64,000 bases of DNA from Patescibacteria group bacterium (GTDB taxonomy: Bacteria > Patescibacteriota > Microgenomatia > Daviesbacterales > UBA10151): contig CALRFD010000002.1 of NCBI GenBank assembly GCA_943356485.1, positions 37,032-101,031 on the forward strand, given 5' to 3'. The notes beneath the pieces were generated by a model. That model did not search any database, had not been told where the DNA came from, and worked only from the letters and a program-made list of their open reading frames with translations. Both the position numbers and the translations under genes were made by a program. Shown here piece by piece: positions 52,163-61,562 of this stretch (its first letter is position 1; every line of letters starts with the position of its first letter).

Positions 52163-53194
52163 TTAATTTACTAAATCAGGAGCTAATTTTATATTTATTT
52201 GACCCCTGGATGATGAAAAGTCTTCATCACTTTTTTGAATTTTATCACAGTCACTCTCTTTACAGCTTGAGTTAAAGACTTCTGACAACCTAGCCCGAGT
52301 AAGACTGGCTTCACCAACAACTAATGTTTTATCAATTTGCTTTTGGGCATTTGTTGTAAAAATAACACTTCCACCGATATTTGCAACTAATCTTGCCCAG
52401 TCTTGCGCAAACAAGGCCTTATCTGTTCCATTAAAAATTACCACCGTTTTATGCTCATTTTTGATTTTCGGATCTATAAAATCAACTAGAGCCAAATCCA
52501 ATTTATTCGGATCAGCCACAAGCACCTCAGTCCCATCTAAAAGACGATCATTTGTCAGGCTATCTTCAAGGTTAACCTCTGAAACTTTATCAAACCTGAC
52601 AGAAGATAGTCCTAATTTTAATCTTAATAATTCTATTATGGTTAGATTTGTTTTTAAATTAGATAAAAGGCTTATCGGTATCAGATTACCTCTAATTGAA
52701 GTTACTATTCCCAATGCTGTCTTTTTTTTCATCTCACCTGAAAAATCTAACACTCCATCTATGGGTTGAGCAAAAAATCTAACCAGAGTATCTCTTAATA
52801 ATTTATCTCCACCTAAATTTTTTTGATTCTCTCCCAAATCATAAAGCGAACTTAGTAACCAGCTACCAAAACCGCCTGCAGACTCTAAATATATCCTGTC
52901 TGGAATATTAATAATTGTGATTTTTTTATCTGTCGGGTTATATGAGACTAATGCCAGATTTTTCGAACGTATGAGAAAATTTATATTAAGCTTACCATCC
53001 CAGGTGTAGTTTCTCTGGATATTTGAGATCTTCCAGGAAGAAAACAAAGTCCTGGTAAACCTAAAGGCCTGCGAAAAAACTAGCACCAAAACTATGAGTC
53101 CTAAAATTAAAAAAGCCAGTTTTGTTTTTTCTTGAACTCTTTTTTTTGACTGGACAACTTTCCAGCCACTCTTTTTGGACAGTTTCGAGGGCAT
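52163..53194 (-). CDS. LCP (LytR-CpsA-Psr)-like envelope protein with LytR C-terminal domain
   Basis: Start at MPSKL; TM; ITIINIPDRIY, KTNLT, VVIFNGT. Confidence 0.7.
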   Translation of the reverse strand: MPSKLSKKSGWKVVQSKKRVQEKTKLAFLILGLIVLVLVFSQAFRFTRTLFSSWKISNIQRNYTWDGKLNINFLIRSKNLALVSYNPTDKKITIINIPDRIYLESAGGFGSWLLSSLYDLGENQKNLGGDKLLRDTLVRFFAQPIDGVLDFSGEMKKKTALGIVTSIRGNLIPISLLSNLKTNLTIIELLRLKLGLSSVRFDKVSEVNLEDSLTNDRLLDGTEVLVADPNKLDLALVDFIDPKIKNEHKTVVIFNGTDKALFAQDWARLVANIGGSVIFTTNAQKQIDKTLVVGEASLTRARLSEVFNSSCKESDCDKIQKSDEDFSSSRGQINIKLAPDLVN

Positions 53195-53307
53195 ATACTT
53201 ATAGTACAAAAAAGCCCTTGACCGCGCAACTAGAATAACTATACACTGTAGGCAAGATCCTCCTATGCTTAAAGCTTCGGAGGACAAAGAAGGAGGTGAT
53301 ATTAATA

Positions 53308-53595
53308 ATGGACAATAATCAAAATCCAACAGATCCAGCAAATAGTGGTATGGGCGGCGGAATGCCGACAGGAGATCAGCCGATGACTCCTCCATCCTCA
53401 AACCCTATGGATCAACCTATGCCTTCTGCACCAGCAGACCAGGGACAACCAGCTCCAATGGGCAGCGGAATGCCGACTGATCCTATGGGAACACCAGCTC
53501 CAACCGCTCCTAGCGAGCCTGTAGTTGAAACACCAATGGGTGGTAGCGAGGAACCAGGTAGTGAAAACCCAACTGGGGGCGCACCTGCAATGTAG
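53308..53595 (+). CDS. Small Pro/Met-rich disordered protein
   Basis: SD AAGGAGGTG before ATG 53308; downstream hairpin. Confidence 0.75.
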   Translation: MDNNQNPTDPANSGMGGGMPTGDQPMTPPSSNPMDQPMPSAPADQGQPAPMGSGMPTDPMGTPAPTAPSEPVVETPMGGSEEPGSENPTGGAPAM

Positions 53596-53626
53596 TATAA
53601 ATTCTTTGCAAAGAATTTGAAAAATT

Positions 53627-53656
53627 TTAAGGGAGTTCAGAAATGGACTCCCTTAA
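53627..53656. terminator. Hairpin between convergent genes, probable bidirectional terminator
   Basis: TTAAGGGAGTTC-AGAAAT-GGACTCCCTTAA. Confidence 0.65.
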
Positions 53657-53663
53657 TTTAGAA

Positions 53664-54860
53664 CTAAAGCCAGGAAGATTTTAATTTGTTAAATTGATTG
53701 ACCTTTATCGCTTCCCTTATTTGCCTCATTAAATTTTCAATAAAATAAAGATTATGAATAGTAGCTAAATTGTGATACAAGATTTCTTTGGATAAATAGA
53801 GGTGACGTAAATAGGCTTTAGAAAAATTAAGACAGGTATAACAACTACACCGGCGATCAACAGGGGTTTTATCTCCTCTAAATTTAGACAAGGTTATACT
53901 TAAGGTAAAACCGTTTTTACTCCTTCCTCCGCTTTTTGGACAGATGTATAAAGAGCCGTTTCTGGCACGTCTGGTTGGCGCCACACAATCAAATAAATCT
54001 ATTCCCCTTTCTACTCCATTAAATAAATCTTCTATCTCCCCAATACCAAGCAGATGCCGGGGCTTTTCATCGGAAACTTGCGCTAACACGTAATCAATCA
54101 TTTCATACATCTCAGTCTTTGTTCCATATATTCCACCCAGAGCGATTGCTTCAAAGTGTTTATCAGTAAATTGAGCAGATCTAACCCTTAATTCTTTATT
54201 TGTACCTCCATGAACTACTCCATACATCAGTTGCTGACCCTGTCTGCCGGCAGACAGGCTCTTCAACTTCTTCAGGCTATCTACACTTCTCAGTGCCCAT
54301 CTTTGCGTTTGCTCTATCGATAATTTAAGATGTTCATAGTCGTTTTTATACTCATGATCATCAAACGCTACAATCAGATCAGCTCCTAAATCATACTGCA
54401 GCTTCATAGCTATTTCCGGACTTAAGGTGTATTTGCTACCATCTAAATGCGACTGGAAAATAACTCCCTCATCTGTAATTTGATTAAGTCTTGGCCTTGG
54501 AAAGTCCTGGGTAATCTTTTTACCGCTTACCACTTTGGAGGAACCTGCCTCTAATGCACCTCCTAAAGAAAAAACCTGAAACCCACCTGAGTCTGTCATA
54601 ATCGGCCGATCCCAGTTCATGAATTTATGTAATCCGCCCAGTTTTTTAATAACTTCTACTCCTGGTCTAAGCATTAGATGATAAGTATTGGAAAGAATCA
54701 TCTCTACCCCAATCTCTTTTAGATCTTTTGGTAAAATAGCTTTGACACTAGCCTGAGTTCCTACGGGATTAAACCTGGGAGTCTCCACTATCCCATGAGA
54801 AGTTTCTAATCTCCCTACTCTGGCCTTGCCCTCTTTATGTAGGACTTTGAATTTCTTCAT
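53664..54860 (-). CDS. tgt: tRNA-guanine transglycosylase
   Basis: NTYHL, TDSGGFQVFSL, FDCVAPTR, CSCYTC..H zinc site. Confidence 0.95.
   Translation of the reverse strand: MKKFKVLHKEGKARVGRLETSHGIVETPRFNPVGTQASVKAILPKDLKEIGVEMILSNTYHLMLRPGVEVIKKLGGLHKFMNWDRPIMTDSGGFQVFSLGGALEAGSSKVVSGKKITQDFPRPRLNQITDEGVIFQSHLDGSKYTLSPEIAMKLQYDLGADLIVAFDDHEYKNDYEHLKLSIEQTQRWALRSVDSLKKLKSLSAGRQGQQLMYGVVHGGTNKELRVRSAQFTDKHFEAIALGGIYGTKTEMYEMIDYVLAQVSDEKPRHLLGIGEIEDLFNGVERGIDLFDCVAPTRRARNGSLYICPKSGGRSKNGFTLSITLSKFRGDKTPVDRRCSCYTCLNFSKAYLRHLYLSKEILYHNLATIHNLYFIENLMRQIREAIKVNQFNKLKSSWL
54239..54258. repeat. Palindromic element variant inside tgt
   Basis: CCTGTCTGCCGGCAGACAGG, perfect palindrome; encodes SLSAGRQG. 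Confidence 0.85.
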
Positions 54861-54948
54861 AAGTGCTTAGTATATAAAAATCCTATCCTAGAAGCAAAAT
54901 ACCTATGAATAGAAAGATCATACTTAGCAATTTATCCCCAGGTGTCAA

Positions 54949-54968
54949 CCTGCCTGCCGGCAGGCAGG
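54949..54968. repeat. 20-bp palindromic element
   Basis: Identical to 32598-32617; flanked by CCCCAGGTG direct repeats. Confidence 0.9.
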
Positions 54969-55004
54969 GCGCAGTACACCCCCCAGGTGGGATTTGGTGG
55001 GATT

Positions 55005-55877
55005 TTAGTTTATCAGCGGAGTAAATGATTTACCTTGATTATCAGAAACTTCTATACTGAGCGGCAAATAATGAGAAAAGAAAGGAGCTACCCTTAGTGA
55101 ACCTCCCCCACTAACTCTATAGAGTAACGGGTGCTCGATCGGCCATCTGATAATTTGTCCTGTGTATCCCTGATCAGTTTTTTGGGCATAAAACTTCACC
55201 TGTGAAGTATCACTTTCATACATTTTTTCATTTTCGAAATTAGCAGAGGGGTCAAGATGAGAGTAACAAATTGTTCCTTCTGATTGTAGATTAGACCAGT
55301 CTCCTCTGGTAATAGCCCGGTAAAGATACTGATCTTGACCAAGCCCTGTAGCAGTATTTCCTCTAGCTAACTCTTCAACAACTTTTTCATCTTTTAGAAT
55401 ATGTACAAAGAAGCCATTTAATAGTTCTTTTCTTCTGTGCGTAAGATCAAACCCTGTATAATGCCCACCAAATACATCCACCCCTTCTATCTCTGTTTTT
55501 ATATCAAAATCAACTGGACTTATCCCATTATAACCTGTCCTAGAACGAGTATACTTCCCATTATTTATAATTGATATTACCATTCCACTATTATCAGCTT
55601 CTAATGAAGGACTCTCCGGAATATCTACGGTTAAATTGGGTATGGTGAAAGCAACACCTGCAAAAACCTCAGGAAGATTAATATAGATTCGGACAGGAAT
55701 TAATTGGGAGGTTAGTTTAACCCGCTCCTTTGCTATCATTTCCATTAATTCATCAACCTGACTTGGGCTTCCTGCAAAATCCGGGCTTGCCCCAATTTGT
55801 CTGGTTAATCTTTCTGCTTCACTTAGCGAATCAAGTCGGGAGAAAATATCTGGTATTTCTGCAGAATTGGGCATCAT
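55005..55877 (-). CDS. Hypothetical protein, possible C-terminal ADP-ribosyltransferase-like fold
   Basis: 290-aa ORF; YLYRAI..EGTI..S..VKFYA..GQII pattern (weak). Confidence 0.55.
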   Translation of the reverse strand: MMPNSAEIPDIFSRLDSLSEAERLTRQIGASPDFAGSPSQVDELMEMIAKERVKLTSQLIPVRIYINLPEVFAGVAFTIPNLTVDIPESPSLEADNSGMVISIINNGKYTRSRTGYNGISPVDFDIKTEIEGVDVFGGHYTGFDLTHRRKELLNGFFVHILKDEKVVEELARGNTATGLGQDQYLYRAITRGDWSNLQSEGTICYSHLDPSANFENEKMYESDTSQVKFYAQKTDQGYTGQIIRWPIEHPLLYRVSGGGSLRVAPFFSHYLPLSIEVSDNQGKSFTPLIN

Positions 55878-55942
55878 ATTTGATCATAATATCAAAATTT
55901 AGCTCTTTTGTCAAACTATAGGATTATATTGCTCACGAAATA

Positions 55943-56269
55943 TTATTTTGACTTTTTTATTCTTAATTGATGAGCTACCGCAGGAATTGATTCAATATTC
56001 TTCAATCTAACATCATGTTCGTAATTCTTATCAGCTAGCTGATCTATCTTTCTTTCCAGCCTATCAATATCTGATTTGTCTGCCTTTTCGTCTATTGCAG
56101 GAAGTATTTCATCAGTTACAAACGTACCTATTTCAACTAAGATTCTTTTTTCACTAGCAGAAATTTCACCTTTAACCAACTCCTTAACCACTTTTATAAC
56201 TCTCTGTTCTGAGGCTATATTACTCTCATCAATTAATTTACCAACTCTTTTTAAATCTTCATCGTTCAT
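55943..56269 (-). CDS. Small coiled-coil hypothetical protein
   Basis: 108 aa; ASEQRV/ASEKRI internal repeat; KADKSDIDRLE. Confidence 0.65.
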   Translation of the reverse strand: MNDEDLKRVGKLIDESNIASEQRVIKVVKELVKGEISASEKRILVEIGTFVTDEILPAIDEKADKSDIDRLERKIDQLADKNYEHDVRLKNIESIPAVAHQLRIKKSK

Positions 56270-56364
56270 AATTAAATTATGAGTATTTATTAAACAAATT
56301 ACAAGATATCTCTTTCTTCACTATGGGTTTACTTTTATTGTAAATTAGTATATACTTCACAATC

Positions 56365-56943
56365 ATGGGAAAAGAACAACTGTCTGCTAGTGAAATTACA
56401 AAATTAGAGCTTGATTCCAAGCAACGCAGAATAATGGGTAAAAAGATAGATACTTTTGCTATGGGAATAAACACAAATTTATACAATGGATTGTTTGGCT
56501 ATATGATATTATCCTCCCCCAGTATTTTTGAGGGGGTCTTTTATGGTATTGCCTATTTAGGCTTAGTCTACCCACAAATCATGCAGGTAGTTAAGCCTTC
56601 TGATTACCGAGCAAAAGCGCTGGCAAAAATAGCAGACACAACGTCTAAGCATCCTGAGGAAGATCTAGGAATTTCAGCTCAGGAATATAAAAGATTAGAC
56701 ATCAGAGGATCTCAAAGGTTTTTTTCTGAAACAAACAAAACAAGAATTGTTAGTGTTTTATCCGGATTAGCTGCATATGACTTTATAGAAGCCGCTACAC
56801 AAGGTAACCACATTAGTCTTGCGCTAAGTTTAGCCCTTTTTAGTTTATTAGCCTGGCAGAATTTATCTATAGGGATTAAATCAGATAGAAGAAGAGAGGC
56901 ATTAAGGACTGCTTTTAAACTAAGCGATCAAGCGCATAACTAA
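56365..56943 (+). CDS. Hypothetical membrane protein
   Basis: 192 aa; two hydrophobic hairpins. Confidence 0.6.
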   Translation: MGKEQLSASEITKLELDSKQRRIMGKKIDTFAMGINTNLYNGLFGYMILSSPSIFEGVFYGIAYLGLVYPQIMQVVKPSDYRAKALAKIADTTSKHPEEDLGISAQEYKRLDIRGSQRFFSETNKTRIVSVLSGLAAYDFIEAATQGNHISLALSLALFSLLAWQNLSIGIKSDRRREALRTAFKLSDQAHN

Positions 56944-56951
56944 ACTAACTA

Positions 56952-57863
56952 CTAATTTAACCCTCTGGAGAGAAGATCTTCTATCATCTTGTTATGATCA
57001 AAGGCTAACCTTGGTAATTTACCGGGGTTCATAAGATGAACTTGTTTTGCATCATCGCCGGCCTTTAAATCGCCGTGATCTATTTTGGCGTAATAACATG
57101 CCGAAATAGTCGAACCTCTGGGATCTCTTTGAGGAGCGGAATAGACACCTAAAAGATGTAGTTTTTGCGGATTAATCTCTAAGCCAGTTTCTTCCTTTGC
57201 CTCTCTGGCTGCTGCTTGCTCTAAAGTCTCAAACCCTACATTTAAATATCCACCGGGCAAGGCCAGGAAGTTAGCAAACGGTTCATTTCCCCTTGTAATC
57301 AAAACAATACCCATATCTTGATATTGAATTATTAAATCAGCGGTGTTATTTGCCCGGGGATGTTTTAAATATTCGAATCTTAAGCGTTCACTGCCGCGGA
57401 CTTGCTCTAAAATTTGCAAAGTTGTGGGCGGAACAAACTCCTGCCAATTCTCACCTCTAATCATACGTTGACGGATTAATGTGGCAGATATTGGCTGGGT
57501 CGTTTCTGGAGCAATCACATTATATCCGCTTTGTTCAAACATCTTTTTAACAATCGGGTTACCTGAATATACTAAATTAAATTTTGGGCATAAGACTTCA
57601 ACGTATTGTACCCAGCTTGGATCATGAATGTCAGGAATAGGAATAATATGTGTTGGTTTCATTCCAACTGTAGCCTGCATAAGCATCAATTTTCTGGTCT
57701 CGTAATCAAAAGGATTATCCAAAAATTTAAAATTACCATATTGCGATGAACCCACCCCAATCACGATCTCATCTACATCAGGATTTCGATTAATTTGCTC
57801 AATTACCGACTGGTGTCCGTTATGATGTGGTTGAAATCTGCCGACGTAAAGTGCTCGTTCCAT
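56952..57863 (-). CDS. nadM: Bifunctional NMN/NaMN adenylyltransferase-Nudix ADP-ribose pyrophosphatase
   Basis: GRFQPHHNGH, ISATLIR, Nudix box GG..ETLEQAAAREAKEETG, LAFDH; start at MERAL right after the nadE stop. Confidence 0.88.
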   Translation of the reverse strand: MERALYVGRFQPHHNGHQSVIEQINRNPDVDEIVIGVGSSQYGNFKFLDNPFDYETRKLMLMQATVGMKPTHIIPIPDIHDPSWVQYVEVLCPKFNLVYSGNPIVKKMFEQSGYNVIAPETTQPISATLIRQRMIRGENWQEFVPPTTLQILEQVRGSERLRFEYLKHPRANNTADLIIQYQDMGIVLITRGNEPFANFLALPGGYLNVGFETLEQAAAREAKEETGLEINPQKLHLLGVYSAPQRDPRGSTISACYYAKIDHGDLKAGDDAKQVHLMNPGKLPRLAFDHNKMIEDLLSRGLN

Positions 57864-57864
57864 T

Positions 57865-59511
57865 TTACCAACCTCCCCATTTATGCGCAATTGGATGTCT
57901 CCAAGCATGTCCAAGTGTATGCGCGGTCACTTTAATAGCAGGAGCTGCTTGCCTGCGTTTATATTCACTAGACTTGATACGCACAAGGGCTTGCGAAGCT
58001 AGATTTTGCGGATATCTAGAAGACAGGATACTTAGATCATCACCTGTAATAATATCTTCTGTTAAGGGCGAGAGCGTATCATAATCTGTTCCAAATGCAG
58101 CCTCATCTGTTTGGTCAGGCCTAAGCTCTGCTGAAGGTGGTTTAGTAATTGAATTAGCCGGAATTACAGGATAATTTCCTCTGGTGTTCCTAAAACGAGC
58201 TAATTCATATACTAATTGTTTAGGTAGGTCTCCTATTACAGCCAGCCCTCCAGCCATATCTCCATATAAAGTCATATAACCATTTGCGATCTCAGTTTTA
58301 TTTCCGGTGGTTAAAACCAGTCCTCCAAATTTATTTGACATCGCCATTAAAATATTTCCCCTAATCCTGGCTTGAATATTTTCCTCAGCAACATTAGATT
58401 CTCTACCTGAAAATTTTTCGGCTAATGTTTCGCTATAGCTCTCGGCAATTTTTTCGATAGTAATTTCATCGAAGTGGCATCTTAAATTGTTAGCTAAAGC
58501 CTTTGCGTCATCTTTACTCCCCTGACTGGAATACTTTGACGGCATGCTAATCCCAAAAACATTTTCACTGCCAAGTGCGTCAACAGCTATAGCCGCCACA
58601 AGAGCCGAATCTATGCCTCCCGATAATCCAATATGTGCAATTTTATTACCAGTCCTTCTAAAATATTCTTTTACTCCAAAAACCAAACAATCGTAAATTT
58701 CCTGGTTTGGATTAAACAGAGGTGGCTCAATACCTTGCAAGTCTGCATCCAGATCTACAGTCAAAAATTGCTCTTCAAACGGTTTTGCAAGTGCTATTAG
58801 TCTGCCAGATCTATCAAAAGCCATACTTTGACCATCAAACACTATCTCTCCGTCATAACCATCCTGACCACCAACTAAATTTGCGTAAATAAATGGTATA
58901 CGAGTATCATGGGAAGTTTTTCTAAGTAAAGCTGCTCTAACCTGCCTTTTGCCGTAATAGAAGGGGGATGCAGAAAGATTGATAATTGCTTCAGCTCCTA
59001 AATTGGCTAATTCTTGTGAAACATTTATTTGATAGCCATCAGACCAAACATCCTCACAAATTTCAACACCAAGCTTCCTGCCTCTAAAATCAACTAAATG
59101 TCTCTTCGCACTTTCTGCAAAAAATCTTTTTTCATCAAAGACATCATAATTTGGAAGTAATGTTTTATGCACTAAATCTTTAATTTCCCCATCATCAATT
59201 AAGGCAACGCTATTATATTTTAAGGGTGAACCATCCGGCATTTGTATAGACTCATCAAAATCTACAAATCCAACCAGTGCGCCGATACCTCGAACTTGAC
59301 TTGCTAGCTTTTGTAGTTGATTGAGCTGGTCTTTCAAGAAAGCAGGTCTTAAGAATAAATCCATACAGCCATACCCTGGAAGTGCTAATTCTGGAAATAC
59401 AACCAAATCAGAACCTTTTGATTTTGCAATATCTAATCCATTTAAAATCTTGCAGGCGTTATCTTCTAAACAGGCTGGGTCAGTAGTGATTTGTGCAATT
59501 TCGACTTTCAT
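57865..59511 (-). CDS. nadE: Glutamine-dependent NAD+ synthetase
   Basis: Nitrilase domain (FPEL, K, ICED) plus GLSGGIDS, NIQARIRG, TGNKTE, PSAELRPDQ. Confidence 0.95.
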   Translation of the reverse strand: MKVEIAQITTDPACLEDNACKILNGLDIAKSKGSDLVVFPELALPGYGCMDLFLRPAFLKDQLNQLQKLASQVRGIGALVGFVDFDESIQMPDGSPLKYNSVALIDDGEIKDLVHKTLLPNYDVFDEKRFFAESAKRHLVDFRGRKLGVEICEDVWSDGYQINVSQELANLGAEAIINLSASPFYYGKRQVRAALLRKTSHDTRIPFIYANLVGGQDGYDGEIVFDGQSMAFDRSGRLIALAKPFEEQFLTVDLDADLQGIEPPLFNPNQEIYDCLVFGVKEYFRRTGNKIAHIGLSGGIDSALVAAIAVDALGSENVFGISMPSKYSSQGSKDDAKALANNLRCHFDEITIEKIAESYSETLAEKFSGRESNVAEENIQARIRGNILMAMSNKFGGLVLTTGNKTEIANGYMTLYGDMAGGLAVIGDLPKQLVYELARFRNTRGNYPVIPANSITKPPSAELRPDQTDEAAFGTDYDTLSPLTEDIITGDDLSILSSRYPQNLASQALVRIKSSEYKRRQAAPAIKVTAHTLGHAWRHPIAHKWGGW

Positions 59512-60740
59512 ATATATTCTGTTGCCCTGCTGTCTGCATACCTCCTTGCTGCTATGACTGCAGTTGGATCTCCTGAAGCTTTTCCTGGTTCGTCTGAAAG
59601 TTTTGCCACACCGACTTCCCTACCATTTATGAATATCGAATGCAGCTTAACTACGATGTTTAAAGGGATTACTCCGACATCATTCGTCAAATGAGTTCCA
59701 ATACCAAACGACGGATCTATTTTAGGTCCAAAATTTTCTTGAAGCTGCAGCGCCCGGTCAGTATTTAAATTATCACTAAAAACAATCTCCTTAGTTTTAG
59801 GCTCAAATCCCCACCTATTTATACCAGCCACCAACCTTTCCCCTTCTATAAATGGATTTCCTGAATCCTGCCTATACCTTCTATATTTATCGGCAAGTTG
59901 CGGGGTAATATCTGTAAGAAAAGCAGCCGTTGTGTAAGTATCAGTTAAGGCTGTCATGAGCTTGGGGAAGTGTTCATAATGCTTAGCCCATACTTCTAGG
60001 GCTTGCCTGTTCGCATTTTCTATTCCAAACATTCCGGCATGTGCCATTACCCACTCGTGGGCAAAAGTTCCACTTGGATTAAGACCAAATTCCATGGCTA
60101 AGGCCACATTACTGGTACCAAGAAGCACCCCACCCTCATCTCTACCAAATACTCCGGCTGACTGTATTAATGCCTCCAGAACATTTCTATGAACTTTTGT
60201 TGAATAGGCTCTTCTGGTACCAAATTCAAGAAGTTTTGCGCCAGATTCTTTGAATCTTCTTCCTTTTTCTTTTGCCCTAAGTATATAATCTGCATCTGGT
60301 TGCTGACCCGTTTCTTCGTAGTACAGTTCACAAATCAGTTCCATTAAATGCGTTTCCCAAAAAATACTGCTTTTCCAAGGCCCTTCTACATTTATACTTA
60401 AATCCCCTTCTTCTTGGTTAATTTCTACTTCTTTTGGGTTTAATCTGAAATCTTTTAGCCAATCAATATACTCAGGTGATAAATAAGGACAGGTTTTTCT
60501 TAGATAGGGTTCTTCTCGATCGGTTAATCTTAGATTTCCCATTAGATCCACTTGATTCCGAAGTTTTTCACCAAAACCCTTCGGAAATAAGGTTTTACCG
60601 CGATTAATAAATTCATATTTTGCGCCCACCTCAGGGTATTCTTGAAACACCAAGTTTCCCATAGTCAGTTTATAAAGATCCAACCACAAAAGTGATGGAA
60701 TCTTTGGCTGTTCATTTATTCCGATGCTTTCTACTCTCAT
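59508..60740 (-). CDS. pncB: Nicotinate phosphoribosyltransferase
   Basis: DLYKLTM, EFGTRR, GTSNV, GTFAHEW, RQDSG, FGIGT, KLSD. Confidence 0.95.
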   Translation of the reverse strand: MRVESIGINEQPKIPSLLWLDLYKLTMGNLVFQEYPEVGAKYEFINRGKTLFPKGFGEKLRNQVDLMGNLRLTDREEPYLRKTCPYLSPEYIDWLKDFRLNPKEVEINQEEGDLSINVEGPWKSSIFWETHLMELICELYYEETGQQPDADYILRAKEKGRRFKESGAKLLEFGTRRAYSTKVHRNVLEALIQSAGVFGRDEGGVLLGTSNVALAMEFGLNPSGTFAHEWVMAHAGMFGIENANRQALEVWAKHYEHFPKLMTALTDTYTTAAFLTDITPQLADKYRRYRQDSGNPFIEGERLVAGINRWGFEPKTKEIVFSDNLNTDRALQLQENFGPKIDPSFGIGTHLTNDVGVIPLNIVVKLHSIFINGREVGVAKLSDEPGKASGDPTAVIAARRYADSRATEYI

Positions 60741-60801
60741 TTATTCTTCCTTTCTTTTTTAGTTTTTGGGGAGTTATTCAAGGCTACTCCCCTAAGCCTT
60801 T

Positions 60802-61428
60802 TTAAGATTGAGCCATTAACTCTAATGCTCTTTCTAAACTAATCACCTTAACACCACTATCTTTCATCTCTTCTAAAGCTCTATTTCCATCTCCAGGATT
60901 AATATCCACTGCTCTTACAGCTTCTTCTATTAAAAAAACCTGATAGCCAAGCTTAACTCCATCCATCGCCGTTTGTTTAACACAATAATCGGTTGCCAAA
61001 CCTCCAACAAATAATCTTTGTATACCTCTTGCTAAAAATACGTCATTTAGCGGAGTACCTAAATCTGCCTTGTCAGGACTAGAAGTGATGCTGCCATCAA
61101 ATCCCGAATAAGCATCTTTACCATCTACCCCTTTTGATACAATAAAAGTTGCTGGATCTATTTTAAGATCAGGATGGAACTTTGCACCTTCTGACTCCAT
61201 AATGCAATGTTCCGGCCAAACTCCTCCAAATCCAGCAAAGTGCACCGCTTGTATAGGATGCCAATCTCTTGTTGCAACTTTCAACACTCCGGTCAAATCT
61301 GCTGCTTTAAATAATTGATTTATTGGGTCAGCAACTAAGTTACCTTCCTTAACTGGCAACTTTCCACCGGGACAAAAATCATTTTGTACATCGACCGCTA
61401 TTACTGCTGATGGTTTTCTTTCAATCAT
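60802..61428 (-). CDS. pncA: Nicotinamidase
   Basis: VDVQNDFCPGG, WPEHC, KG..YSGF, GLATDYCV; SD AAAGGAGGTG. Confidence 0.95.
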   Translation of the reverse strand: MIERKPSAVIAVDVQNDFCPGGKLPVKEGNLVADPINQLFKAADLTGVLKVATRDWHPIQAVHFAGFGGVWPEHCIMESEGAKFHPDLKIDPATFIVSKGVDGKDAYSGFDGSITSSPDKADLGTPLNDVFLARGIQRLFVGGLATDYCVKQTAMDGVKLGYQVFLIEEAVRAVDINPGDGNRALEEMKDSGVKVISLERALELMAQS

Positions 61429-61442
61429 TTTTCCTCACCTCC

Positions 61443-61520
61443 TTTATGTATGAAATACATAGTTTAGTGTATTTAATACACAAACTATAATATTAAACAT
61501 TAGTGTTGTCAATACACTAA
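61443..61520 (-). promoter_or_regulatory. pncA operon promoter overlapped by three NrtR boxes
   Basis: GT-N7-AC palindromes at 61443-61463, 61464-61484 and 61500-61520; TTGACA(61512-61507)-N17-TATAGT(61489-61484). Confidence 0.85.
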
Positions 61521-61562
61521 ATTAACTATTTCAAACAGGCAGGAATTTGGTAGCGGAAATCT

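Noticed and set aside
31899-60740. Shared M-x-x-E N-terminus of several proteins (MGIE, MGKE, MRVE; also MTVE at 4044) as an export signal
   Set aside because: Motif too short and too few examples to distinguish from chance
60768-60792. Terminator between pncA and pncB
   Set aside because: The GGGGAGT/ACTCCCC hairpin is followed by A-rich rather than U-rich sequence in the operon direction; more likely a stability element
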